In this document: piece after piece, positions 37,962-47,843 of the stretch
Layout: every line of letters begins with the position of its first letter
Numbering within the stretch: the stretch's first letter is position 1
NCBI GenBank assembly: GCA_963724295.1
Contig: CAVRUC010000002.1
Span: forward strand, 192,001 to 256,000
Reading direction: 5' to 3'
DNA: 64,000 nucleotides
Source: an uncultured Chloroflexia bacterium
Lineage (GTDB): Bacteria; Chloroflexota; Chloroflexia; Thermomicrobiales; UBA6265
Translations under genes and position numbers: made by a program
The notes under the pieces: generated by a model
The model's database searches: none
Seen by the model: only the letters and a program-made list of their open reading frames with translations
What the model was told of the DNA's origin: nothing

Positions 37962-40900
37962 ATGGACGCGGACCCAGTACTCGAGATACGGCTGCTTGGA
38001 CGGTTTGAAACCCGGGTCGGCACCCAGATCGTGCCGTCGACAGTCTGGCGGCAGCGCCGGGCCGCGGCTATTGTCAAACTCCTGGCTCTGGAACCCGGCC
38101 ATCGGCTGCATCGCGAGCAACTCATTGACACACTTTGGCCCGATTTCGATCCTGTTAGTGCTGCCAATAACCTGCGCGGGGCGTTGCATCATGCCCGGCT
38201 CGGGCTGGAACAATCCGGTGCCCCGGCTGGAGTCTTCCTGGCGCGCGACGGAGATCAGCTCGTCCTCGGGCCGCAAGATCGACTCGCGGTTGATGTCGAT
38301 GCCTTTACCGAGGCCGCCAGTCGCGCCTGGCATAGTGCCGATCCGGCCATCGCCAAACATGCCTCCGAACTCTATGGCGGTGACCTCTTGCCGGACGATC
38401 CATATGAAGAGTGGGCCGCCGCGCGGCGCGAGGGTCTTCGCTCGAGCTATCTCACGGTACTGACCCGGCTGGCCGGGTTGCATGAGGAGCGGGGAGAACG
38501 TCCTCATGCCATCGCCGTTCACGAACGCATCCTGCGCACCGACCCGCTCGATGAGGCGGCGCACGCGGGACTCATGCGACTACATGCCCAGATGGGCAAT
38601 CCTCAGCTCGCCCTGGCGCACTATGCACGGCTAGAGTCACTCCTCGATCGCGAACTGGGAGTTGCCCCCGACCCGGCGACCCAGGCGCTCGCGGCGGCGA
38701 TCCGAGCGGGTCGGATAACAGCAGTCCCGGCTCCCTCACCCCCAGTATCGGCGCCACAACCTCAGGTCAGCGCGGCCATTGCGCCAGGTGCTCGGCTTCC
38801 GGCCCCGGTCGATGCCCTCGTCGGACGCGAACGAGAAATGGCCGAGCTCGATCGGCTGCTGGCCGCGGCCCGCTTGGTGACCCTCACCGGCCCGGGGGGC
38901 ATTGGCAAGACCCGGTTGTCGCAGGAGGTAGCTCGGGCGTCCAGTGCGCGGTTCCCGGATGGGGTGGCCTTCGTCGATCTGGCGCCGCTGCCCGATCCAT
39001 CCTTCGTGCTGCCGACCATCGCTCGGGCGCTTGGTGTTGACGAGACCGGCGACCGGCCGATCCATGAGCTCGTCCTGGGCATCGTCGGCGAGCGGCGTCT
39101 GCTCCTGGTGCTCGACAATTTCGAACACCTGACCGCGGCCGCGCCAGATCTGGCCGTCATTCTGGCCAACTGCACGCGGGTGACAGTGCTGGCCACGAGC
39201 CGGTTGCGATTACGACTACGGGGCGAGCAGGAGTATCCCGTCCTGCCCCTGGCGCTGCCTGAGAGCACAGCCAATCGTGATAAAGCAACCCTCTCCCAGC
39301 TGTCGCAGGTGGCGGCAATCGAATTGTTCGCGAGCCGCGCGATGGACGCACGTCCCGGCTTCGCCTTGACGGATCAGAATATCGATACCGTCGTGGCCAT
39401 CTGCCGGCGGCTCGACGGGTTGCCGCTGGCCATCGAGCTGGCAGCGGCGCAAGTACGGGTGCTGGCTCCGGCTCAATTGCTGCAACGATTGGCGCGCCTT
39501 CTCGATGCGCTCGGCACTGCCGCCCAGGATGTCCCGGCTCGGCAGCGAACATTGCGTAACGCGATCGCCTGGAGCCACGATCTGCTCACGCGGCAGGAGC
39601 AAGTCTTCTTCCGTCGGCTCGGCATCTTTGTCGGTGGGTGGTCACTGGACGGGGCGGAGGCGATCGCGAGCATCACCGGCGACACGAGCATGATCGACAC
39701 CGTGGGAACGCTGGCCGGCCTGATCGACCACAGCCTGGTCGAAGCGAGACAAGGTCCTGACGATGCCGAGCTGCGCTACTCCATGCTGGAGACCATCCGG
39801 CAGTTCGCGGTGGAGCAGCTGGACATAAGTGACGAAGCGATGTCAGTGCGGACCGCATTTGAGCGGTTTCTCATCGATCTTGCGACGAGGGCCGAGACTG
39901 GGCTTCGGGGAGCAGAGCAGGCCTACTGGCTCGATCGGTTGGAGACCGAGCACGACAACTTCCGAGCTGCCCTAGGGGCTGCGCTCGACAGCGGCAATGG
40001 CGATGTCGCACTCCAGCTCGCCTCAAGGCTCTGGGTGTTCTGGTGGACACGTGGCTTTCCGGCGGAGGGACGCTCCTGGCTGCAACGTACCCTTGACATC
40101 GCCTCTGACAGTGATTTGACGGCTCGCGCCGCCGCGGAATACGGACTGGGCAGGCACTCGATCATCCTCGGGAACTACGAGGCGGCCAGCCAGCACTTGG
40201 AGGTAAGCCTGGCTCTCAGGCGGACGTTGGGGGATGCCGCGGGTCAGGCCGCGACGCTGAACGAGTTGGCGCTCGTTGCGGTGAATCGAGGCGAGCTTGG
40301 CCAGGCGGGTACGCTCGGCCAGGAAGCATTACACATCGCGAGCGCGGCCGACGATTTGCGCGGTATTGGCACCGCGTTGCGCAATTTGGGAATGGTTGCA
40401 CGCGAGCAGGGTGACTACACACGCGCTGCCGAGCTCTACGGTCAATCCTTGACAATCTGGCGCCAGCTCAATGACCCGAGGTGGATAGCAATCGTCGCCA
40501 GTTCGCTCGGCATCACGCACCGGTATGAAGGCAACACACAGCAAGCGCTCGCCATGCTTGGTGAGAGCCAAGACCTGTTCTCGCGACTGGGTGATCGCTA
40601 CATGCTCGGTGTCGTGGCCCACAATCTGGGACATCTCGGGCTGGCCGACGATGAGCTCGATCGGGCGCTCGCGCATTACCTGGATGCCCTCGAACACTTC
40701 ACGGCAGTCGGGGCGCCGGAAGCTACTGTCGAGTCGATCGAGTGGGTTGCCGTAGCGTTGGCCGGCAAACGGCTCGCGGTTCCGGCCTTGCGGCTCCTTG
40801 GAGCCGCGACGGCTGCCCGCGAATCGCTTGCGCTCCCACCTCCGACGGAGGCAGATCGACGGCTCGTTGCTGCGGGACTAGAGCACGCGATTCAGGAGGC

Positions 40901-41027
40901 CGGGAGCGGTGGACAGGGTGCATTTGCCGCGGGACGCGCGCTCTCCTTGGATCAGGCACGGGATGAGGCGATTAGCTTGGCAAATGAGGCGCTAGAGACG
41001 TCAAGTCAGCCTGTGACCCGTTGCTGA
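37962..41027 (+). CDS. SARP/AfsR-type regulator: wHTH-BTAD + STAND NTPase + TPR
   Basis: [68 protein letters not shown]; TPRs. Confidence 0.93.
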   Translation: MDADPVLEIRLLGRFETRVGTQIVPSTVWRQRRAAAIVKLLALEPGHRLHREQLIDTLWPDFDPVSAANNLRGALHHARLGLEQSGAPAGVFLARDGDQLVLGPQDRLAVDVDAFTEAASRAWHSADPAIAKHASELYGGDLLPDDPYEEWAAARREGLRSSYLTVLTRLAGLHEERGERPHAIAVHERILRTDPLDEAAHAGLMRLHAQMGNPQLALAHYARLESLLDRELGVAPDPATQALAAAIRAGRITAVPAPSPPVSAPQPQVSAAIAPGARLPAPVDALVGREREMAELDRLLAAARLVTLTGPGGIGKTRLSQEVARASSARFPDGVAFVDLAPLPDPSFVLPTIARALGVDETGDRPIHELVLGIVGERRLLLVLDNFEHLTAAAPDLAVILANCTRVTVLATSRLRLRLRGEQEYPVLPLALPESTANRDKATLSQLSQVAAIELFASRAMDARPGFALTDQNIDTVVAICRRLDGLPLAIELAAAQVRVLAPAQLLQRLARLLDALGTAAQDVPARQRTLRNAIAWSHDLLTRQEQVFFRRLGIFVGGWSLDGAEAIASITGDTSMIDTVGTLAGLIDHSLVEARQGPDDAELRYSMLETIRQFAVEQLDISDEAMSVRTAFERFLIDLATRAETGLRGAEQAYWLDRLETEHDNFRAALGAALDSGNGDVALQLASRLWVFWWTRGFPAEGRSWLQRTLDIASDSDLTARAAAEYGLGRHSIILGNYEAASQHLEVSLALRRTLGDAAGQAATLNELALVAVNRGELGQAGTLGQEALHIASAADDLRGIGTALRNLGMVAREQGDYTRAAELYGQSLTIWRQLNDPRWIAIVASSLGITHRYEGNTQQALAMLGESQDLFSRLGDRYMLGVVAHNLGHLGLADDELDRALAHYLDALEHFTAVGAPEATVESIEWVAVALAGKRLAVPALRLLGAATAARESLALPPPTEADRRLVAAGLEHAIQEAGSGGQGAFAAGRALSLDQARDEAISLANEALETSSQPVTRC

Positions 41028-41037
41028 GCAAGGAGCC

Positions 41038-41862
41038 TCAGTGGCACCCGCTTGGTGGGTTGAAAAATGCCCAGGCCATCCCGACCGGCGCAGAATCAGA
41101 CGATGCGGGATCACCTTGAACAAACTCTACGCCCTCAGTCGAGGCCACACGAGGCGCTTCCTCGTACGACCTGACCCAGGAGAATTCCTGATCATTCTGT
41201 ATTTGGGGATAGATCAGCAAGGATCCTTCCTGGCCCTCGATCAGGCACCAGAGACAGTAATTCCCGGCGGGAGCTAGCACCCTGAACCCCTCTTCGAGCA
41301 GAACGGCGACCCGCGACGATTCTTCCATGTCCGGGGGAGGCGTGACTGTGCACAGGTCCGTACAAGGCCGGCCGTTCTCGTCAGGGACAAAGGCACCCTC
41401 TCGCACGGTGTATGTCAACCCTGGATCTGGCGGATCAGCCCAATTTCCTCTGACATCCATGAGGGAGATGTTCGTACCCTCTGGAGGATCGACGGTGAAC
41501 GACGGCGACTCCGGCAATACATTGAGGACAAACGATCCCGACTCGACTATCACGACCATAAACTCAGCACCTTTGATTTCGGGAACTTGGGGACGGTACT
41601 GAGTAACATTTTCGTCGAACGTAAAGGGGACCCGAAATCCACTTCGCAACCGGGTGCTGACGCTCCTCTGCTGACTGACGTCTTGGCGATCCAGGCCAAT
41701 GCCGACCAAGAACTCGTCGAGCGGTGCAGGGTCGTCAATCGCTTCAGGGGCGCCGACACCATTCCAGTAGGCGAGCTCCTGTTCTTGGCCCGAAGCTAGG
41801 AAACCCCCAAGTGGCGAGAAACTGATCAATGCAACGATGACGAGGATGAACAGTCGTCGCAT
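41038..41862 (-). CDS. Exported Cys-motif protein, paralog 3 (ends WAFFNPPSGCH)
   Basis: Signal peptide, AAAGGA RBS, CTDLC, CLWCL, FSW; stop 10 bp from the convergent STAND stop. Confidence 0.85.
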   Translation of the reverse strand: MRRLFILVIVALISFSPLGGFLASGQEQELAYWNGVGAPEAIDDPAPLDEFLVGIGLDRQDVSQQRSVSTRLRSGFRVPFTFDENVTQYRPQVPEIKGAEFMVVIVESGSFVLNVLPESPSFTVDPPEGTNISLMDVRGNWADPPDPGLTYTVREGAFVPDENGRPCTDLCTVTPPPDMEESSRVAVLLEEGFRVLAPAGNYCLWCLIEGQEGSLLIYPQIQNDQEFSWVRSYEEAPRVASTEGVEFVQGDPASSDSAPVGMAWAFFNPPSGCH

Positions 41863-41947
41863 CGCGAAGTCCTTTCAGCGAGCCTGCGGCACTCCAAACG
41901 GGATAAGTACAGAGTGATCCCTCGTTCTTGTTGTACTCAGTGTCTGT

Positions 41948-41976
41948 AGCATAGCGGTGATAGATCGCAATAGCAA
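41948..41976 (-). promoter_or_regulatory. sigma70-like promoter TTGCTA-N17-TATGCT
   Basis: Read directly on minus strand. Confidence 0.7.
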
Positions 41977-42827
41977 TACGTTTCACCACTGCGCCGAAGC
42001 GCAATCGCCGCTTGCCTCCCTCGTGTCTCGGAGGAAAAAGCGCGCTTCCAGGCTGATGGCGGCCGGTCCCTCGCCGACGAACCGCACCCGGGCTGACTTC
42101 CGAAACGGGATGCCGCGGCTCGCGGGACTCCTCAAGGTGGCGCTGCTGGTAGCGCCGACCATACGAAGACCGCATCAAACTCCGTACAAATCTACGCAGT
42201 TCTACTGATGGCGCCAGAAGCGCTGGGCCGCACTATAGATGCACGCCAGATGGTCTGGCGCTGGAGCCCGATAGAGACCGCACCAGGTGCGGTGCGCCGA
42301 TTAAAAGGAGCCTAGCTTCGATCTCTCTAGATTCCCCAACTGGGCTCGGTGAGTCCAGCCGCTCACCAGGCTCATGCTGTTTCGCCACGTCACCATCCCT
42401 GACGTGGCCCCCTCCCTCCCAGGCAGGGTCACCCGTTACGGGTGACCCTGCCCCCTCCAAGGGTGGAGCAGGACACGATCGGTAGGACGCGCGTAGTCGT
42501 CCGTTCGGGATAGCTGGGGAGATCTTAGTCACCGGCAGGGAAACGCAATGGACACGACGATCACGGTTATCTGCGCTGCTTTGTTCATCTGGATCGGGCT
42601 GGGACGTGCTACGACGCCCAGGGAAATCCGGGGTTGGTCAACGAAACCTCCAGAAATGCCATAGATCGTTCCATCGAAAGCCCTGGGTGCCAGGAGCCGA
42701 ACTCTCACGCAAGTCTCAGGAGTCATCGACCCGGTTTCTAGCCAATTATGAAGCTCGGCTCGCTTCCAACTTTCCGCGTCAGGTTGGAATGGACGATCTA
42801 CTCCTCGTAAACGAAAGGTAGCCGCAA

Positions 42828-43502
42828 ATGCGTCTGCTGCTGGTTGAAGATGAAAAGCGGCTCGCAACATTACTGCACAAGGGGCTAACTGAGGAAGGGC
42901 ATGCAGTCGATCTCACTGGCAGCGGCGAGGACGGGCTCGATTGGGTGTCTGTTGGCAAGTATGACGCGATTGTTCTCGACGTCATGCTTCCCGGTATCGA
43001 TGGACTCGAGGTCTGCCGTCGACTGCGCCGGAAGGCAGTCCACACGCCGGTCTTGCTTCTGACCGCGCGTGACGCAATTGCCGATCGGGTGCAAGGTCTG
43101 GACGCTGGTGCCGATGATTACCTGGTGAAGCCCTTTGCTTTCGTTGAGCTGGCCGCCCGTCTTCGGGCGTTGGACCGGCGGCCCACCGATACCCTGCCAA
43201 CGGTTCTTCGGGTCGGAAACGTCACACTCGATCCAGCGACGCGCAAGGTCTGGCACGGCGATGACGAGATTCAGCTTCCGAACAAAGAGTTTCGGATTCT
43301 CGAATACATGCTGCGGCAACCCGGACGCGTCTTGACTCGGGCCATGATTGCCGAGCACGTGTGGGATTATGACTTCCCCAATGTCACCAACGTGATCGAC
43401 GTCCACATTCGCCAGCTCCGCCTCAAACTCGCAGATCCCTATCCAGGGACGCTCATTCAAACGGTCCGTGGCGCTGGCTATCGGGTCCGCGCCGACCCGT
43501 GA
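42828..43502 (+). CDS. OmpR-family response regulator (CusR/CzcR/MprA-like)
   Basis: [51 protein letters not shown]. Confidence 0.95.
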   Translation: MRLLLVEDEKRLATLLHKGLTEEGHAVDLTGSGEDGLDWVSVGKYDAIVLDVMLPGIDGLEVCRRLRRKAVHTPVLLLTARDAIADRVQGLDAGADDYLVKPFAFVELAARLRALDRRPTDTLPTVLRVGNVTLDPATRKVWHGDDEIQLPNKEFRILEYMLRQPGRVLTRAMIAEHVWDYDFPNVTNVIDVHIRQLRLKLADPYPGTLIQTVRGAGYRVRADP

Positions 43503-44896
43503 TTACCCGTCGGCTTCCGATCCGTTGGCGTCTGACACTCTGGCATGCGGTGCTTCTGGCAGTCGCGATGGCACTCTTCAGTGGAACGCTCTACGTCTTC
43601 CTGCGTCAGCAACTCTACGACAGCCTGGATGAGCAGCTGCTCGAGCAGGCAGCGGCCGTCCTCGCGGCCGTGCAGTTCGACGATGGCCGCCCCCGGCTCA
43701 AGGCCACAACCGTCGATGGTGCCGACGGCGAGTACTTTTTGCGCCTGCTCGACACCGAGAGTCGGACCATCCGCGATAGTGGCGATTCCCACGCGGGCAT
43801 GCCGGTCGATGACGACGTCGTGGGGTCAGTTCTGGCTGGGGAAACCGCCTACAGTACCGGGCTCGACGACGCAGGCGAGACGATCCGGATGATCTCCCTT
43901 CCGGTTCGCGCGGAAGAAGCTGACGGCGCCGCGGTCGGTGTTCTTCAGATCGGCCTCGACCGCGACGAACTCGACGAGCCCCTTGCCGGATTACTTCATG
44001 CCCTGGCACTTGCTGGTCCGTTCACGCTCCTCTTCTCCGCGATTGGTGGTTATCTGCTCGCCGGCCGCGCCCTGGCTCCGGTGAGCACCGTCACCGATCT
44101 TGCCGAGCGGATCGACCCGCGCGATTTGGGCGCTCGGCTCAATCTGGACTTGCCGAATGACGAGCTCGGTCGGTTGGCACGGACGTTTGACGACATGCTC
44201 GCTCGTATTGATGACGCCTTCGAGCGGCAGCGGCGCTTTACTGGTGATGCCGCCCACGAGTTGCGGACACCCCTCAGTTTGATGCGCAGCCAGGTCGACA
44301 TCGCCCTGGCTCGGCCCCGGTCGGTCGCGTTTTACCAGGATGCGCTGCAGAGGTTGGATGGCGATATCGACCGCATGAGCGGTCTCGTTTCCACCTTGCT
44401 GACTCTCGCCCGTGCCGATGCGGGGCAGCTAGCACTCGATCGTGTGCCTTTCGACGTTGCTGACACAGTCGAACTGGTAGTGGAGCAGTACACCCCGATT
44501 ACCGCCGAGGCGAGCATCGCCCTGCGAAGCGAGCCGGCAACCGCCCCACTTGTCGCCGATGAAGACCTGCTTGTGCAAGTCTTGGTCAACCTCATCGATA
44601 ACGCGCTGTCTCACACCCCAGCCGGAGGCGTGGTGACCGTAGGCTGCGGGATGGGCAATGATCACATCCGTCTTTGGGTAGTCGACACCGGCGAGGGCAT
44701 TGCGCCGGAGCATCAGGATCGGGTATTCGATCGGTTCTATCGGGTCGATGCCGGCAGGACCCGTGAACGAGGCGGGACTGGACTCGGACTGGCGATCTGC
44801 CGGGCAATCGTCGAGGCACTTGGCGGGAGCATCTCGCTAGCGAGCGTGCCTGATCGAGGGACACGCGTTGATGTCCTGCTGCCCAAAGGATCATGA
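43499..44896 (+). CDS. HAMP-domain sensor histidine kinase
   Basis: Two TM segments, [13 protein letters not shown]-box, [21 protein letters not shown]. Confidence 0.95.
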   Translation: MITRRLPIRWRLTLWHAVLLAVAMALFSGTLYVFLRQQLYDSLDEQLLEQAAAVLAAVQFDDGRPRLKATTVDGADGEYFLRLLDTESRTIRDSGDSHAGMPVDDDVVGSVLAGETAYSTGLDDAGETIRMISLPVRAEEADGAAVGVLQIGLDRDELDEPLAGLLHALALAGPFTLLFSAIGGYLLAGRALAPVSTVTDLAERIDPRDLGARLNLDLPNDELGRLARTFDDMLARIDDAFERQRRFTGDAAHELRTPLSLMRSQVDIALARPRSVAFYQDALQRLDGDIDRMSGLVSTLLTLARADAGQLALDRVPFDVADTVELVVEQYTPITAEASIALRSEPATAPLVADEDLLVQVLVNLIDNALSHTPAGGVVTVGCGMGNDHIRLWVVDTGEGIAPEHQDRVFDRFYRVDAGRTRERGGTGLGLAICRAIVEALGGSISLASVPDRGTRVDVLLPKGS

Positions 44897-45018
44897 CGAC
44901 CGGAGGTGCCGGCGATTCAAACCCAGGCTTGTCGAGCGGAACCAGTCTCGCCCGCGTCGATACAGGCGAGACTGGTCCGGCCGGTCAGCGGGTCGGTCAA
45001 CCGGTCAGAAGCACGCTC

Positions 45019-45498
45019 TCAGTTAGCTTTCTCCTCTCCGCTCTCATCGTCATCATCGTGATTGTCTTCATCCTCGTCGCCATTGGCGTTCTGATTGCCG
45101 CCCTCATCATCATCTTCGTCTTGGTCGTCGTCTTGTTCACCGTCCTGCTCCTCAGTCCGGATGACCTCACCACTGGTGGCATCGACGTCAACTTCGATTC
45201 CGGAGTCCAGGGTCACACTGTAGGCAAGCACGCCGTTTTGGCCGCCAAGCTCCACGTCTATGACAGCGGCGTCGGTATACCCCTCGAGCGCAATTTCCTG
45301 GGCTCGTATCAAATCGATGCTGGGCTCTAGGAGTGGCGTCCCCACGACCGACTTGCCGTTGTCCTCATCAGCCGTCTGCGCCGCGGCCCGCGCCGGCGGT
45401 GTCGCGTCCTGCGCACTGGCCAACGGACCTGTCCCCAGCATTCCACTGAGCACCATCGTTCCAATTCCAAGACAACTGAACCAACGTTGCAGCCGCAT
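45019..45498 (-). CDS. Exported PepSY-domain protein with acidic tail
   Basis: Signal ending ASA|Q; IDLIRAQEIAL..VIDVEL..YSV..EVDVDATSGEV. Confidence 0.85.
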   Translation of the reverse strand: MRLQRWFSCLGIGTMVLSGMLGTGPLASAQDATPPARAAAQTADEDNGKSVVGTPLLEPSIDLIRAQEIALEGYTDAAVIDVELGGQNGVLAYSVTLDSGIEVDVDATSGEVIRTEEQDGEQDDDQDEDDDEGGNQNANGDEDEDNHDDDDESGEEKAN

Positions 45499-45830
45499 GC
45501 GAGCTCTTCCTTTCGCGCTTGCTCCGTAGCCCGGAACTTGTAATCGCTTGGTCGTCCGACGACGGACAACTACACTCAGCATCGGCACTACAAATGAAAT
45601 TCCGATGAGGCTGCGGAAACAGGGGAGCCCGTGGCAGCACGACACGAGCGCTCCAGATACGAGGTTCGATATCGGGTGAAGTCGCGTTGTCTGAGGCCTT
45701 TAGGGTCGTTGGTCATTACAGAATCGGGCCTCTCAACAGCCGTAGGTAACACGTTCGTTCGGAGGCTTCACCCGGTGGGCGTCGGGTAGAGTTGTGCAAT
45801 TGCGATCCGATCGCTACCCGGAGCTCCTCG

Positions 45831-47744
45831 ATGACCCACCCGCTGCTCGACCGACTCGCCGCTGGACCGATCCTCGCCGACGGCGCGATCGGCACCATGC
45901 TCTATGCCGCCGGGGCGTCCCTCGATGAGTCGTTCGACGCGCTCAATCTCGCTCGGCCTGATCTTGTCCTCGACACGCATCGCGCCTACCTCGACGCCGG
46001 GGCGGACCTTTTGGAGACGAACTCCTTCGGAGCCAATCGCTTCAAATTGGAGGCGTTCGGACTCGCCGACCGGGTGCGCGAGATCAACAAGAAGGCAGTG
46101 CGTCTGGCGCGCGAAGCGCGTGAGATCACTGGTCGCCCGGTGCTGGTGGCGGGCTCGGTCGGTCCGACCGGGCGCACCCTGGCGCCCTTCGGCGTCGTCT
46201 CCCCGGAGGCGGTGCGGGCGGCGTTTCGCGAGCAGATCGAGGCGTTGCTCGAGGGGGGCGTCGACCTTCTCGTCCTGGAGACAATCGGCAGCCTGGACGA
46301 GATGACAGAGGCGGTCGGCGCCGCGCGCGAGACGTGCGATCTGCCGATCGTCGCCTCGATGACCTTCGCCGAAGACGGCCGCACTATCGGCGGCAACTCG
46401 CCGCGGGAGGTCGCGGCGCAACTCTACGGACTGGGTGTTGACGCCATCGGGGCCAACTGCTCCGTCGGACCGCAGCGGCTCCTGCCGGTCGTCGAGGCGC
46501 TGGTCCGGCACCTGGGCGAGCAAGATGGAGCGGTGCCAGCGGTTTCCTGCATGCCCAACGCCGGCTGGCCCGCCCATGTCGCCGGGCGCGTTATCTACCC
46601 GTCCTCACCGGAATACTTCGCGGGCTTCGCCCGGCGTGCCGCTGAAGCCGGGGTGCGCATTATCGGTGGCTGCTGCGGCACCACCCCGCTGCACACGGCG
46701 GCCATGCGCGAAGCCCTCGACGCCTGGATAGCCGAACGCGGCGATGAGTCGACCTCGCCGTCCCGACTCGCGACGCCGCATGCCGGCCGTCGCACTCGCA
46801 TCCTGGCCGCGCCGGAGCTCGATCTGGTCGCGGCCGACGGCCCAACCCGCCTGCGCCAGAAGCTGGATCGCGGCGAATTCGTGGTCAGTGTCGAGATCGA
46901 TCCGCCAAAGGGACTCAACCCGACCAAGGCGCTCGATGGCGCTTGCCTGTTACAGGAAGCGGGTGTCGATTTCATCAACGTCGCCGACTCGCCGATGGCC
47001 CGCGTGCGCATGAGCGCCCTGACCATGTGCTATCTCATTCAGCACCGCACCGGGGTGGAGACGATCCTGCACTTCACCACCCGCGATCGTTCGCTGATGG
47101 GGCTGCAGTCCGAATTGCTGGGCGCGCACGCGGTCGGTGTGCGCAACATCATCGCTCTGACTGGAGACCCGCCGAGCCTCGGCGACTACCCCGATTCCTC
47201 GGCGGTCTACGACGTGGACTCGATCGGGCTGATCCGGATCCTGGAACGGCTCAACAGCGGCGCCGACTCGGCCGGGGCGTCGATCGGGCGACCAGCCGCG
47301 TTCACCATCGCCTGCGCCGTCGACCCCACGCGGGCCGACCTCGAGCACGAAGCGGGGCGCCTGCGGGCGAAGCTGGAAGCGGGCGCGCACGTCGTGATGA
47401 CGCAGCCGATCTACGACCCGGCCTCATGGAGTCGTTTCCTGGACGCCTACGGCGTCGAGCGACTGCCGGTACCTGTCCTGGCCGGCATCCTGCCGCTGCA
47501 AAGCAGCAAGCATGCCGAGTTCCTGCATAATGAGGTGCCGGGCATCACGCTGAGCGATGAGGCGCGGCAGCGGATGCGCCTGGCGGGGCCGGACGGCCGT
47601 CGCGAAGGCGTCAAAATGGCCCAGGAGCTGCTGCAAGAGCTTCGTCCGCTCGTGCAGGGGGTCTACCTGATGCCGTCCTTTGGCCGCTATGAGGTCGCCG
47701 CCGAGGTGCTCGACGTCCTGGACCGGGAGCCGGTGGCCCGATAG
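45831..47744 (+). CDS. yitJ: Bifunctional homocysteine S-methyltransferase / methylenetetrahydrofolate reductase
   Basis: ADGAIGTML, GANCSVGP, IIGGCCGTTP; VEIDPPKG, NVADSPMAR, ALTGDPP, MTQPIYD, FLHNEVPG. Confidence 0.95.
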   Translation: MTHPLLDRLAAGPILADGAIGTMLYAAGASLDESFDALNLARPDLVLDTHRAYLDAGADLLETNSFGANRFKLEAFGLADRVREINKKAVRLAREAREITGRPVLVAGSVGPTGRTLAPFGVVSPEAVRAAFREQIEALLEGGVDLLVLETIGSLDEMTEAVGAARETCDLPIVASMTFAEDGRTIGGNSPREVAAQLYGLGVDAIGANCSVGPQRLLPVVEALVRHLGEQDGAVPAVSCMPNAGWPAHVAGRVIYPSSPEYFAGFARRAAEAGVRIIGGCCGTTPLHTAAMREALDAWIAERGDESTSPSRLATPHAGRRTRILAAPELDLVAADGPTRLRQKLDRGEFVVSVEIDPPKGLNPTKALDGACLLQEAGVDFINVADSPMARVRMSALTMCYLIQHRTGVETILHFTTRDRSLMGLQSELLGAHAVGVRNIIALTGDPPSLGDYPDSSAVYDVDSIGLIRILERLNSGADSAGASIGRPAAFTIACAVDPTRADLEHEAGRLRAKLEAGAHVVMTQPIYDPASWSRFLDAYGVERLPVPVLAGILPLQSSKHAEFLHNEVPGITLSDEARQRMRLAGPDGRREGVKMAQELLQELRPLVQGVYLMPSFGRYEVAAEVLDVLDREPVAR

Positions 47745-47843
47745 GCTATCCGCCTTGCGCCGAGGCGCCCGCGCCGGGAGGGTCCGGATACGGGCGTCTC
47801 GTGGACCGCGACCGGAGGGGACCGATCGCGCTAGAACATTCGG

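Noticed and set aside
22124..41400. Heme c binding (CxxCH) in the Cys-motif paralogs
   Set aside because: Motifs are CTxxC and CxWCL with no His after the second Cys; the terminal CH has only one Cys
44893..45330. Very hydrophobic plus-strand ORF
   Set aside because: Antisense reading of the acidic GAC/GAT/GAG-rich PepSY tail produces spurious V/I/L runs
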